Below the pieces are notes generated by a model. The model ran no database searches. It was not told the origin of the DNA and was given only the letters and a program-made list of their open reading frames with translations. The translations under genes and the position numbers were made by a program. Shown here one piece after another: positions 25,876 through 33,022 of a stretch of DNA of 36,870 nt. This DNA is from a bacterium. Its GTDB lineage: Bacteria; Patescibacteriota; Patescibacteriia; Patescibacteriales; Patescibacteriaceae. Where the stretch lies: assembly GCA_021819805.1 (NCBI GenBank), contig JAKAEX010000001.1:1-36870 (forward strand), read 5' to 3'. The stretch's first letter is position 1; each line of letters starts with the position of its first letter.

Positions 25876-26088
25876 ATGTTGGAAAAAAAATCGGTTTATG
25901 AACCAGGGCCTCAGCCCAATACTGAATGGGTTTGTGAGTGCGGCCACAGAAAACAAACATGGGAAGTCGGACCATTACATCTTCTGCCAAAAGAAAAGTG
26001 TCCGGATTGCCAAAAAACCATGGAGCCAAAGCATCTCGCTCCATTAATCATGGGCGGTCCGCGCAAAAACCCTCACATCAAACATTAG
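25876..26088 (+). CDS. Small Cys4 zinc-ribbon protein (70 aa), hypothetical
   Basis: The ATG at 25876 is preceded by a GGGGGGA RBS. The product contains CECG...(24 aa)...CPDC. The track's GTG start at 25825 is less likely. Confidence 0.5.
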   Translation: MLEKKSVYEPGPQPNTEWVCECGHRKQTWEVGPLHLLPKEKCPDCQKTMEPKHLAPLIMGGPRKNPHIKH

Positions 26089-26163
26089 CTCGTTATCTCG
26101 GAGAAGCATATTAAATACTTCTCCCTTCTTCCAAAAACATTTTAAATAAAATAAATTTATCTT

Positions 26164-26451
26164 ATGTTTAACAAATTAAAACAAATCAAAGATTTAAGAC
26201 ATCAAGCCAAAACCCTGCAAAGCACTTTGTCCGGCGAAAAAGTGACGATTGAAAAACGCGGTGTTAAAATGGTTATTAACGGCAACCTGGAAGTGGTGGA
26301 ACTAAGCATCGCCGACAAACAGCAGGACAATCTGGAAAGCGCGCTTAAGGATTGTTTTAATGATGGTATTAAACAGGTGCAAAAAATCATGGCTAAAAAA
26401 ATGCAAGAAATGGGCGGCATGCCCGACTTTAATAGTTTGCTCAAAAATTAA
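26164..26451 (+). CDS. ybaB: YbaB/EbfC-family nucleoid-associated protein
   Basis: Size (95 aa), the pattern ...GVKMVINGNLEVVELSIAD...LESALKDCFNDGIKQV, and the conserved ybaB-recR pairing. The stop overlaps the recR ATG (TAATG). Confidence 0.8.
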   Translation: MFNKLKQIKDLRHQAKTLQSTLSGEKVTIEKRGVKMVINGNLEVVELSIADKQQDNLESALKDCFNDGIKQVQKIMAKKMQEMGGMPDFNSLLKN

Positions 26452-27050
26452 TGAAGTACCCGCCGGCTATCCAAAAATTAATTGACCAATTATCAGAGCT
26501 GCCAACTGTCGGTCCCAAAACCGCCGAACGTTATGCTCTGTTTTTGTTAAAACAATCGGACGCTTGGCTGGCTGGGTTAGCGCAAAGTTTACAAAACTTC
26601 AAAAGCGGTTTTGTTTACTGCTCGGTTTGTCATGCTTTAAGCGCCACTAACCCCTGCTCAATCTGCGCCGATGCCAAACGCGACCTTAACCTACTTTGTA
26701 TTGTCAGTGAAACCAAGGATATGCTTTTGATTGAAGACAGTCGTTCTTATAACGGCCGTTATCATATCTTGGGCGGCACTTTAAGCGCTATTAACCATCA
26801 AGGTCCTGAATCACTGCAAATCAATTCTTTGCTTAGCAAACTAAAACATCAGCCGACCATCAAAGAAGTTATTTTAGCTCTAAATCCCGACTTCGAAGGC
26901 GAAACCACTTCGCTTTATCTTAAAAAATTATTAGCCGACTTGCCAATCAGAATCAGCCGTTTGGCTCGCGGCCTGCCCACCGGCGCCACGCTTGATTATG
27001 CTGACCAGCAAACCATCGCCAATGCTTTAAAGTTTAGAAATAAATATTAA
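26451..27050 (+). CDS. recR: Recombination protein RecR
   Basis: HhH LPTVGPKTAERYALFLL, Cys4 finger CSVCHALSATNPCSIC, Toprim region with LCIVSETKDM and ALNPDFEGETT. Confidence 0.95.
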   Translation: MKYPPAIQKLIDQLSELPTVGPKTAERYALFLLKQSDAWLAGLAQSLQNFKSGFVYCSVCHALSATNPCSICADAKRDLNLLCIVSETKDMLLIEDSRSYNGRYHILGGTLSAINHQGPESLQINSLLSKLKHQPTIKEVILALNPDFEGETTSLYLKKLLADLPIRISRLARGLPTGATLDYADQQTIANALKFRNKY

Positions 27051-27090
27051 ATATAATCAACCGAACTTTAACAATTTGAAAGGCTGCTTC

Positions 27091-27453
27091 ATGAAAGCCA
27101 TAGACATTATTGAACAAGCCACGGATATTGTGGTTGCCACCAGCCAAGAATTCAAGCTTTTTGTTGAGGGCTTAATTGATCAAATACCAGACGACCGATC
27201 AGCTGACGAACGTCAGGCGATTATTAAAAAATTAAAACGAGCCAGTCTTAATCATGATTGCTATGTCGCTGACGTCATTAAATCTTTCGATAGCCTGAAA
27301 GAATTATTAGCCGAACCAAATAAAAAATTTGCGGCAGATGATCCGCTTTACCTGATTGTTGAAAAAAACATCAAGGGTTTTACTAAAATATTCAACAGGA
27401 CTATGAGCAATAGAACTAGTTTTATGAAAACCCTGGCAACTTCTAAACCCTAA
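27091..27453 (+). CDS. Hypothetical protein (120 aa, predicted all-helical), orphan
   Basis: The ATG at 27091 has an AAAGG RBS 8 nt upstream. I recognise no motif. Confidence 0.5.
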   Translation: MKAIDIIEQATDIVVATSQEFKLFVEGLIDQIPDDRSADERQAIIKKLKRASLNHDCYVADVIKSFDSLKELLAEPNKKFAADDPLYLIVEKNIKGFTKIFNRTMSNRTSFMKTLATSKP

Positions 27454-27501
27454 AAACCGAAAACTAATTTTTAAAAACTCAATCTCTGGAAGGGAGCGGA
27501 A

Positions 27502-27852
27502 ATGAATAATAAATCCATCAAGCTTAAAAAGCTCAACAAGTTTCTGACTATTGAGAATTATAGTTCTAATGGCCAACGCAGCGCAGCTGTTCTGAAAATT
27601 ATCAAAATTTCTGATGATCCGGAACAAGCTTGCCACGACTCGCTTGAGACCTATCTTAAAGAAGATGGTTCGGTGGAAACAATCATCAGGGGCAGCAGCG
27701 GTTTCGGCAGTGTTGGCTTTGGCGCCATCATTGAAGGCAAAGACCATCGCACAATTCAAGACAAGTTAAAAACACTTAGCCTTTGCCTTGAAGAAATGAA
27801 CAAGGTTCTTGATGATTTGCAAAAACCAAAACAAGTTTCGTTGTTTGAATAA
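27502..27852 (+). CDS. Hypothetical protein (116 aa), orphan
   Basis: A strong GGAAGGGAG RBS lies upstream of the ATG, and a strong terminator follows. Confidence 0.55.
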   Translation: MNNKSIKLKKLNKFLTIENYSSNGQRSAAVLKIIKISDDPEQACHDSLETYLKEDGSVETIIRGSSGFGSVGFGAIIEGKDHRTIQDKLKTLSLCLEEMNKVLDDLQKPKQVSLFE

Positions 27853-27854
27853 AA

Positions 27855-27892
27855 TAAAAAACCACCCCGACAAAAGCCGGGGTGATTTTTTT
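27855..27892. terminator. Bidirectional Rho-independent terminator
   Basis: Stem CACCCCG (27863-27869) pairs with CGGGGTG (27878-27884), with an A6 run upstream and a T7 run downstream. It separates convergent genes. Confidence 0.75.
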
Positions 27893-27897
27893 ATCTC

Positions 27898-28212
27898 TTA
27901 AGCGATTTTTAAAACTTCAATTTTAGTGAAGGGTTGGCGATGACCAACATTTTTCTTATAGTGAACTTTGTTTTTGAATTTAACCACGCTCACCTTTTTG
28001 GCCTTGCCGTGTTCCAAAACCTTGACTTCAACTTTATCGCCTAAAGTCGGTTGGCCAACAGCAACCTTGTCGCCTTCAGCTTCCGCTGTTAGCAAGGTTT
28101 CTAAATTAAGTTTTGAACCGATTTCCGCCGTCAACTTTTCCACATTCAAAGTCTGGCCTTCGCTGACCTTGTATTGTTTGCCGCCGGTTTTGATTACTGC
28201 AATTTTGGACAT
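27898..28212 (-). CDS. rplU: 50S ribosomal protein L21
   Basis: MSKIAVIKTGGKQYKVSEGQTLNVEKL is the canonical L21 N-terminus; 104 aa. Confidence 0.95.
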   Translation of the reverse strand: MSKIAVIKTGGKQYKVSEGQTLNVEKLTAEIGSKLNLETLLTAEAEGDKVAVGQPTLGDKVEVKVLEHGKAKKVSVVKFKNKVHYKKNVGHRQPFTKIEVLKIA

Positions 28213-28245
28213 ATACTTTTTTCTTTAATTTAAGCTTTAAGAACT

Positions 28246-29331
28246 TTATGATATTTTAGCCTTTTTGTCAAGATAAACAAACCAAATGACCACCGCCAAC
28301 ATTAAACCGCCCAAAAGCAAGACTGAAAATAATTTGCCCCGAGACTGTAAAAACAAGGCGCTTAGGCCGAAAACCGCTGAAATCAGACAGTACAGCAAAA
28401 CGGTTTTTCTTGGCCCCAGGCCGCTATCCAAGAGCCTGAAATGAAGGTGGCCACGATCGGCTGTTTTAAACGGGTTTTTGCCCTGGCTCAAGCGGCGGAA
28501 AATCGTCCAAATTACGTCCAAAATCGGGATGCCCAAAATCAGCAAAGCAATGGCAATTTTACCGCCGGAAATAATTGACAAAACCCCTAAGGAAAAACCC
28601 AAGAGCAAGGAGCCGCCCTCGCCCAAAAAAATCTTAGCCGGATGCCAATTTAAAACTAAAAACCCCAAACAAGCGGCGCCCAAGACCAGCGCGGCCAAAG
28701 CGATATCCGGCTGATAATAGCGAGTGGTAATGGTAAACAGAAAAATAATCAATGAGCCAATAGCAGTTATGCCGCTAACCAAACCATCAACTCCGTCCAA
28801 TAATTTAGTGGTGTACATCATGCTCATCAGCCAGAGAAAAGTAAAAGTATCGGCAATAACCACAAAATAATGCATTTGGCCAAACCACCAGCCGACCGGT
28901 ATTTTCCATTGGTCAAAAAATAACAAGCCGGAAAAAGGATTGGTAATTTTTTCAATACCCACACCGCCGGCAATAACCGCCAAAACCGCCAAAATCGGCC
29001 AAACAATCTGTTGGCGCGCGCTTAAATTATATTTATCATCCAAAGAGCCGCCGATTAGCAATAGCATCGCGCCAACCATCACACCCAGCCAGTGATGATA
29101 TTGCAAATTACCGCTCACTAAAATTTGCCTCTGCCAAAACAAAACAATCAGCACGGCCAAAAAAATTGCCCAGCCGCCCAAGAGCGCCGTTGCTTTATGA
29201 TGTTTTTTTCTATTAACATCAGACTGCGGCTGGTCAAGAATTTGCCATTTCCAAGCTAATTTTTTAACCACCAGAGCAAAAATCAGAGCTAAAACACCAG
29301 CAATTAAGGCAGAAATCAAATAAGTTGACAT
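28246..29331 (-). CDS. Polyprenyl-phosphate N-acetylhexosamine-1-phosphate transferase (GT4 MraY/WecA/TagO family), second paralog in the window
   Basis: Polytopic protein with GGSLDDKYNL (DDxxD-like), TKLLDGVDGLVSG and FLGEGGSLLLGF blocks. It lacks the MraY-specific HHHFE block. Confidence 0.8.
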   Translation of the reverse strand: MSTYLISALIAGVLALIFALVVKKLAWKWQILDQPQSDVNRKKHHKATALLGGWAIFLAVLIVLFWQRQILVSGNLQYHHWLGVMVGAMLLLIGGSLDDKYNLSARQQIVWPILAVLAVIAGGVGIEKITNPFSGLLFFDQWKIPVGWWFGQMHYFVVIADTFTFLWLMSMMYTTKLLDGVDGLVSGITAIGSLIIFLFTITTRYYQPDIALAALVLGAACLGFLVLNWHPAKIFLGEGGSLLLGFSLGVLSIISGGKIAIALLILGIPILDVIWTIFRRLSQGKNPFKTADRGHLHFRLLDSGLGPRKTVLLYCLISAVFGLSALFLQSRGKLFSVLLLGGLMLAVVIWFVYLDKKAKIS

Positions 29332-29377
29332 ATTTTATAAAATATACTATAGTTTTAGTTACCAAATAAACAAAAAT

Positions 29378-29403
29378 TTGCCGTCAATAGCAGTATACGG
29401 CAA
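29378..29403. promoter_or_regulatory. Inverted repeat in a divergent promoter region (possible operator)
   Basis: TTGCCGT (29378-29384) and ACGGCAA (29397-29403) are separated by 12 nt. Confidence 0.3.
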
Positions 29404-29437
29404 AATCGCACATTTTATCAATAAACAAGGAGTTTTT

Positions 29438-29797
29438 ATGCAGTCTCAGAGCGCAACCGCCGCTAACGAACTTATTAATGAAATGCAAATTGATGGAACG
29501 CCAACCCAACTGGAAACCATCTGGCGACATCGCAGCCGATGGGATTTGGTTATCACTCAAGCGGGCAATATTGCCGAGTATTCTTTTAAAAAAGAACCGG
29601 ACAAAATAATCGTCCGTTTCAAACAGCCAATTATCTGTAAAAATGATGATTGGAGAGGCTTGGATTTAAACTTTGATTTCAAAGTTTATTCCCGGGCATC
29701 CAGGGAGGCTTTGGATCCCCTGCAAAAAAACGGTATGAAAATTTGCACCAACACTAATAGTTTCACTCTGGGTAAAAACAAAATTAAAATTTCTTAA
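29438..29797 (+). CDS. Hypothetical protein (119 aa), orphan
   Basis: The ATG at 29438 is preceded by an AAGGAG RBS (6-nt spacer), and a terminator follows. The track's TTG start at 29378 is unlikely. Confidence 0.55.
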   Translation: MQSQSATAANELINEMQIDGTPTQLETIWRHRSRWDLVITQAGNIAEYSFKKEPDKIIVRFKQPIICKNDDWRGLDLNFDFKVYSRASREALDPLQKNGMKICTNTNSFTLGKNKIKIS

Positions 29798-29805
29798 CAA
29801 TCATC

Positions 29806-29837
29806 AAAACCGAGGAGTCTTCAAGACTCCTTTTTTA
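29806..29837. terminator. Bidirectional Rho-independent terminator
   Basis: Stem AGGAGTCT (29813-29820) pairs with AGACTCCT (29824-29831) around a 3-nt loop, overlapping the downstream T6 run (29831-29836). It lies between convergent genes. Confidence 0.7.
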
Positions 29838-29842
29838 TTTGC

Positions 29843-32569
29843 TTAAAGCTTAGCAGCTTTGCGAACTTGAACTTCGGCTTGGTCATTAATTTCCACAACA
29901 TCTCGCCTCTCCAATTCACCCGACAACAATTTATTGGCAATAATATTATCAATCTTATCTTGCAACAAGCGGCGCAAAGGCCGAGCGCCGAATTCCGGTT
30001 CAAAACCGGCTTGCGCTAAAATCTTCAAACCATTGTCGCTGATTTCCAAACCCATGCCTTTGCCCAATAATAATTCTTTGGTTTTGTTGAGCATCAAGCG
30101 GGCAATAGACACGACATCGCCCAAAGCCAGCGGCCTAAAGACAATAATGCCGTCAAAACGATTGATTAATTCCGGCCGCATTTTTTCCACCAAATATTTA
30201 TCAACCAATTCTTCTCTGATTTTTTCCAAAGCGGCGCCAGCGCGAACTTGTTCTTGAATATAAACCGCGCCGATATTGGAAGTGGCGATAATAATGGAGT
30301 TGGTAAAATCAATCGTCCGGCCTTGGCCATCGGTCAAACGGCCGTCATCCATAACTTGCAAGAATAGATTTAAAATATCGGGATGAGCCTTTTCAACTTC
30401 GTCCAGCAAAATTAAAGAAAATGGCGACTGGCGAACTTTTTCCGTTAAATAACCCAGCGTGCCCTCGGGTGTGCCAATCATCTTATCCACGCTGTCAGCC
30501 AATTGGTACTCGCTCATATCCAAGCGAATCATATAATTCTCATCGCCGAAATAAACCTGAGCGATGGTTTTGGCCAGCTCGGTTTTACCAACGCCGGTCG
30601 GTCCCAAGAATAAAAAGTTGGCAATCGGCCGCTTGCCCTCGCGCAATTCAGCGCGCGCCCGGCGCAAACTTTCCGCCACAATTTTAACCGCCTCCTCCTG
30701 GCCAACCATCCGCTCGTGAATTTTAGTTTCCAGATTTAACAGCAATTCGCTTTCCGCCTGGCTTACTCTGGCCACCGGCACATGGGTGGTGGCGCTTACC
30801 ACGCCGGCCACATCCTCGCCCGAGACCAAGGCTTGAGCGCCCTTAACTCGCGCCGCCGCCACGCCGGCTTTTTCCAAAATTGTAATCGCCTTCTCCGGCA
30901 AATACTGATCGTGCAAATAACGGCCGGATAATTTAACCGCTTGAGCCAGCGCATCGTAGGTATAAAAAACTTTAAACTTGCTTTCAAAAAAAGCAATCTT
31001 GCTTTCAATCATCTGAATCGCCTCATTATCTTCCGGCTCATTCACTTCCACCTTGGCTAAAGCTTGGCCCAAAGGCCCGCCTTCCAAATTGCGAGTATAA
31101 TTTTGAGAAGTGCAGGTGGCAAAAACATACAAGCCTTGGCGGCCGATAGCTGAGGCTAAAATTTCCGCCAAATCCAAACTGTCGCCCGAGCCGGAGCTAA
31201 GACCGGTAATATTTTCCACGTTTTGCATGTATAAAATAATGTTGCCGGAGCGAACAGTTTCATTAACCGCCTCCAGCATTCTTTCTTGAGCTTCAGCCGG
31301 CGTGGCGCCGCCCAAAAGCCGAGCTAAATCCAATTCCAGCAAGCGCTTGTCTTTCAGCATCTTCGGCACGTCTTCGGTCACCATCAACTGAGCCACGCCT
31401 TCAATAATTTCGTTTTTGCCAACACCGGCCTGGCCGACCAAGACAACGCCCCGCTGGCCGCTGTCCAAATATTCAAAGACTTGATTAATTTCCTTATCAC
31501 GGCCGACGCAAACATCCAACTGGCCGAATTTGGCGGCCACGGTTAAGTCAAAAGAAAATTGATCCAAAAACGGCGTGGCCACGGCCGTATAAGCCCGATT
31601 CATATTAGTGCTGGGCTTAAACCGCGCCATTTTTTTATAAAGCTGGTAATTGTGAATTAATTTGTCGTTAATTCTGGACCATGCGACAGTGTTAACTAAT
31701 TTATCCTCATCAATCGCCAAATCGTAAAAAATTTCCTCCAGCAATTTGTCGGCGCGCCAAAGCGGAATTAAACAATCAACCGGATTAACTTGCTCGCGGC
31801 CATGGCGATAAGCCTCAACGTAAGCTTCGGCAATAGTTTGCTTAACTTCAGTTGATAAGAACGGCGAACCTGGCTGCGGTTGGATTTTTGACAACTGGTT
31901 GCCGATTTTTTCCAACAGCTTTTGGCCGTTAACATTCATCCTAACAAACAAGCTGGCCACTTCGCCCGACACAGTTAATAAATTATAAATTAAATGCAAG
32001 TTGGTAATTTGCGCGTGTTTTAATTGGTTGGCCAAGAGATAGGTTTTTTCCATGACCGTCGTTAATTCTTCGCCCAAGCCGGCGGCCGCATTAATTTTTG
32101 GCGCCTTGCTAATTGCCTGCCAGTCGGCCGGCTCAGCCAAGGGCTTAAATTTGCTGATTTTTTTAGCTTCATAAGCGCGCTGACGCCAGCGATAAACAAT
32201 CAGCATATCAACACCCAAGCTCAGCCAAAAAATCAAAATCAGCCAGCTATGCTGTTTCCAAAATAACAATTCATCAACAGACGCCACTTGAGTCGGCAAC
32301 TGAGCATACCACCAAACCAAAGCCACCACGCCGCCCAAGCCGCAAACAATAGTTATAAAATCCAAAATAGTGAAAACCGTTTTTCTCAACTGGCGCAAAA
32401 CAATCAGCGGCCAAGACAAATTGGCCTCGGTGTAAACAAATTTGCCATCTAAAATCGCGCCCACGCCCAAACCGCCGCACATCTGACAGCGCTTGTTATC
32501 AACCGAACCGCGTCCGCCGCAAGTTTGGCAGACAATGACCGGAGTAGTTTTGGCGGGTTTAGAATCCAT
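29843..32569 (-). CDS. Membrane-anchored Hsp100/Clp-family AAA+ ATPase: N-terminal CxxCxGxG zinc-finger pair, 2 TM, Clp_N, degenerate D1, canonical D2
   Basis: D2 has GPTGVGKT, LILLDEVEKAH and GARPLRR. D1 has GQAGVGKN and ILYMQNVE. The N-terminus has CQTCGGRGS...CQMCGGLG plus two hydrophobic helices. The start is set at the ATG at 32569, because the upstream gene stops at 32572. Confidence 0.85.
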   Translation of the reverse strand: MDSKPAKTTPVIVCQTCGGRGSVDNKRCQMCGGLGVGAILDGKFVYTEANLSWPLIVLRQLRKTVFTILDFITIVCGLGGVVALVWWYAQLPTQVASVDELLFWKQHSWLILIFWLSLGVDMLIVYRWRQRAYEAKKISKFKPLAEPADWQAISKAPKINAAAGLGEELTTVMEKTYLLANQLKHAQITNLHLIYNLLTVSGEVASLFVRMNVNGQKLLEKIGNQLSKIQPQPGSPFLSTEVKQTIAEAYVEAYRHGREQVNPVDCLIPLWRADKLLEEIFYDLAIDEDKLVNTVAWSRINDKLIHNYQLYKKMARFKPSTNMNRAYTAVATPFLDQFSFDLTVAAKFGQLDVCVGRDKEINQVFEYLDSGQRGVVLVGQAGVGKNEIIEGVAQLMVTEDVPKMLKDKRLLELDLARLLGGATPAEAQERMLEAVNETVRSGNIILYMQNVENITGLSSGSGDSLDLAEILASAIGRQGLYVFATCTSQNYTRNLEGGPLGQALAKVEVNEPEDNEAIQMIESKIAFFESKFKVFYTYDALAQAVKLSGRYLHDQYLPEKAITILEKAGVAAARVKGAQALVSGEDVAGVVSATTHVPVARVSQAESELLLNLETKIHERMVGQEEAVKIVAESLRRARAELREGKRPIANFLFLGPTGVGKTELAKTIAQVYFGDENYMIRLDMSEYQLADSVDKMIGTPEGTLGYLTEKVRQSPFSLILLDEVEKAHPDILNLFLQVMDDGRLTDGQGRTIDFTNSIIIATSNIGAVYIQEQVRAGAALEKIREELVDKYLVEKMRPELINRFDGIIVFRPLALGDVVSIARLMLNKTKELLLGKGMGLEISDNGLKILAQAGFEPEFGARPLRRLLQDKIDNIIANKLLSGELERRDVVEINDQAEVQVRKAAKL

Positions 32570-32571
32570 AA

Positions 32572-32937
32572 TTAAGTTAATTGCCAAATTATTTGCCACA
32601 AAATCAAAACCGGCAAACCGAGCCACAACAAAATTATCACTACGCCCAAAAGCAAAAGCAAAGCAAAACCAATGCTGCGCAGAATAATTTGGACAATTCT
32701 CATAAAGATGCTGATCAGCACGCCGGTAAAATCCCTCTGGCCATACATCGGCACAAAAATATTTTTCAGCCAAACCACCAAATTTAAACCTTTTAGGCTG
32801 TCTGCCCAAAACTGACTGATTTTTTGCGCTAATTCAAATAAGCCCCGCGTGTACCACCACAGCGGGAATAAAGCCAAATCTCGAGCCAGTTCAAAAACGA
32901 TTTGCCCGAAATAAAACAAAAAATTATTAGTTGGCAT
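32572..32937 (-). CDS. Hypothetical membrane protein (121 aa), first gene of the Clp-like module
   Basis: C-terminal hydrophobic helices (VLISIFMRIVQIILRSIGFALLLLLGVVIILLWLGLPVLILWQIIW). The stop lies 2 nt before the downstream ATG. Confidence 0.6.
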   Translation of the reverse strand: MPTNNFLFYFGQIVFELARDLALFPLWWYTRGLFELAQKISQFWADSLKGLNLVVWLKNIFVPMYGQRDFTGVLISIFMRIVQIILRSIGFALLLLLGVVIILLWLGLPVLILWQIIWQLT

Positions 32938-32945
32938 ATAACAAA

Positions 32946-32954
32946 ATTATACCA
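32946..32954 (-). promoter_or_regulatory. Extended -10 promoter TGGTATAAT (leaderless geometry)
   Basis: The minus strand reads TGGTATAAT, then 8 nt (TTTGTTAT) to the ATG at 32937. No SD is present. Confidence 0.5.
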
Positions 32955-32965
32955 CACTTGATTTT

Positions 32966-33000
32966 AAAAATAAAAAAGCGTCTCGAATTATCGAGACGCT
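32966..33000 (-). terminator. Rho-independent terminator after the 126-aa orphan gene
   Basis: A 10-bp stem, AGCGTCTCGA (32977-32986) with TCGAGACGCT (32991-33000), is followed on the minus strand by TTTTTTATTTTT. Confidence 0.75.
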
Positions 33001-33022
33001 CTAAATTTTTGAGGTTTGTGCT

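Noticed and set aside
27307-27759. 150-aa minus-strand ORF spanning the two plus-strand orphan genes.
   Set aside because: Its translation is Phe/Cys/Arg-rich junk-like sequence and it has no RBS. It bridges the intergenic gap of two plus-strand ORFs that each have an RBS and share a terminator. It is most likely a shadow ORF.
32570-32809. The ORF track extends the Clp-like gene by 80 N-terminal codons (MGRQPKRFKF...), giving 988 aa.
   Set aside because: The extension fully overlaps, in another frame, the well-formed 121-aa membrane protein gene, whose stop is at 32572. The ATG at 32569 gives a clean 2-nt junction and a sensible zinc-finger N-terminus.
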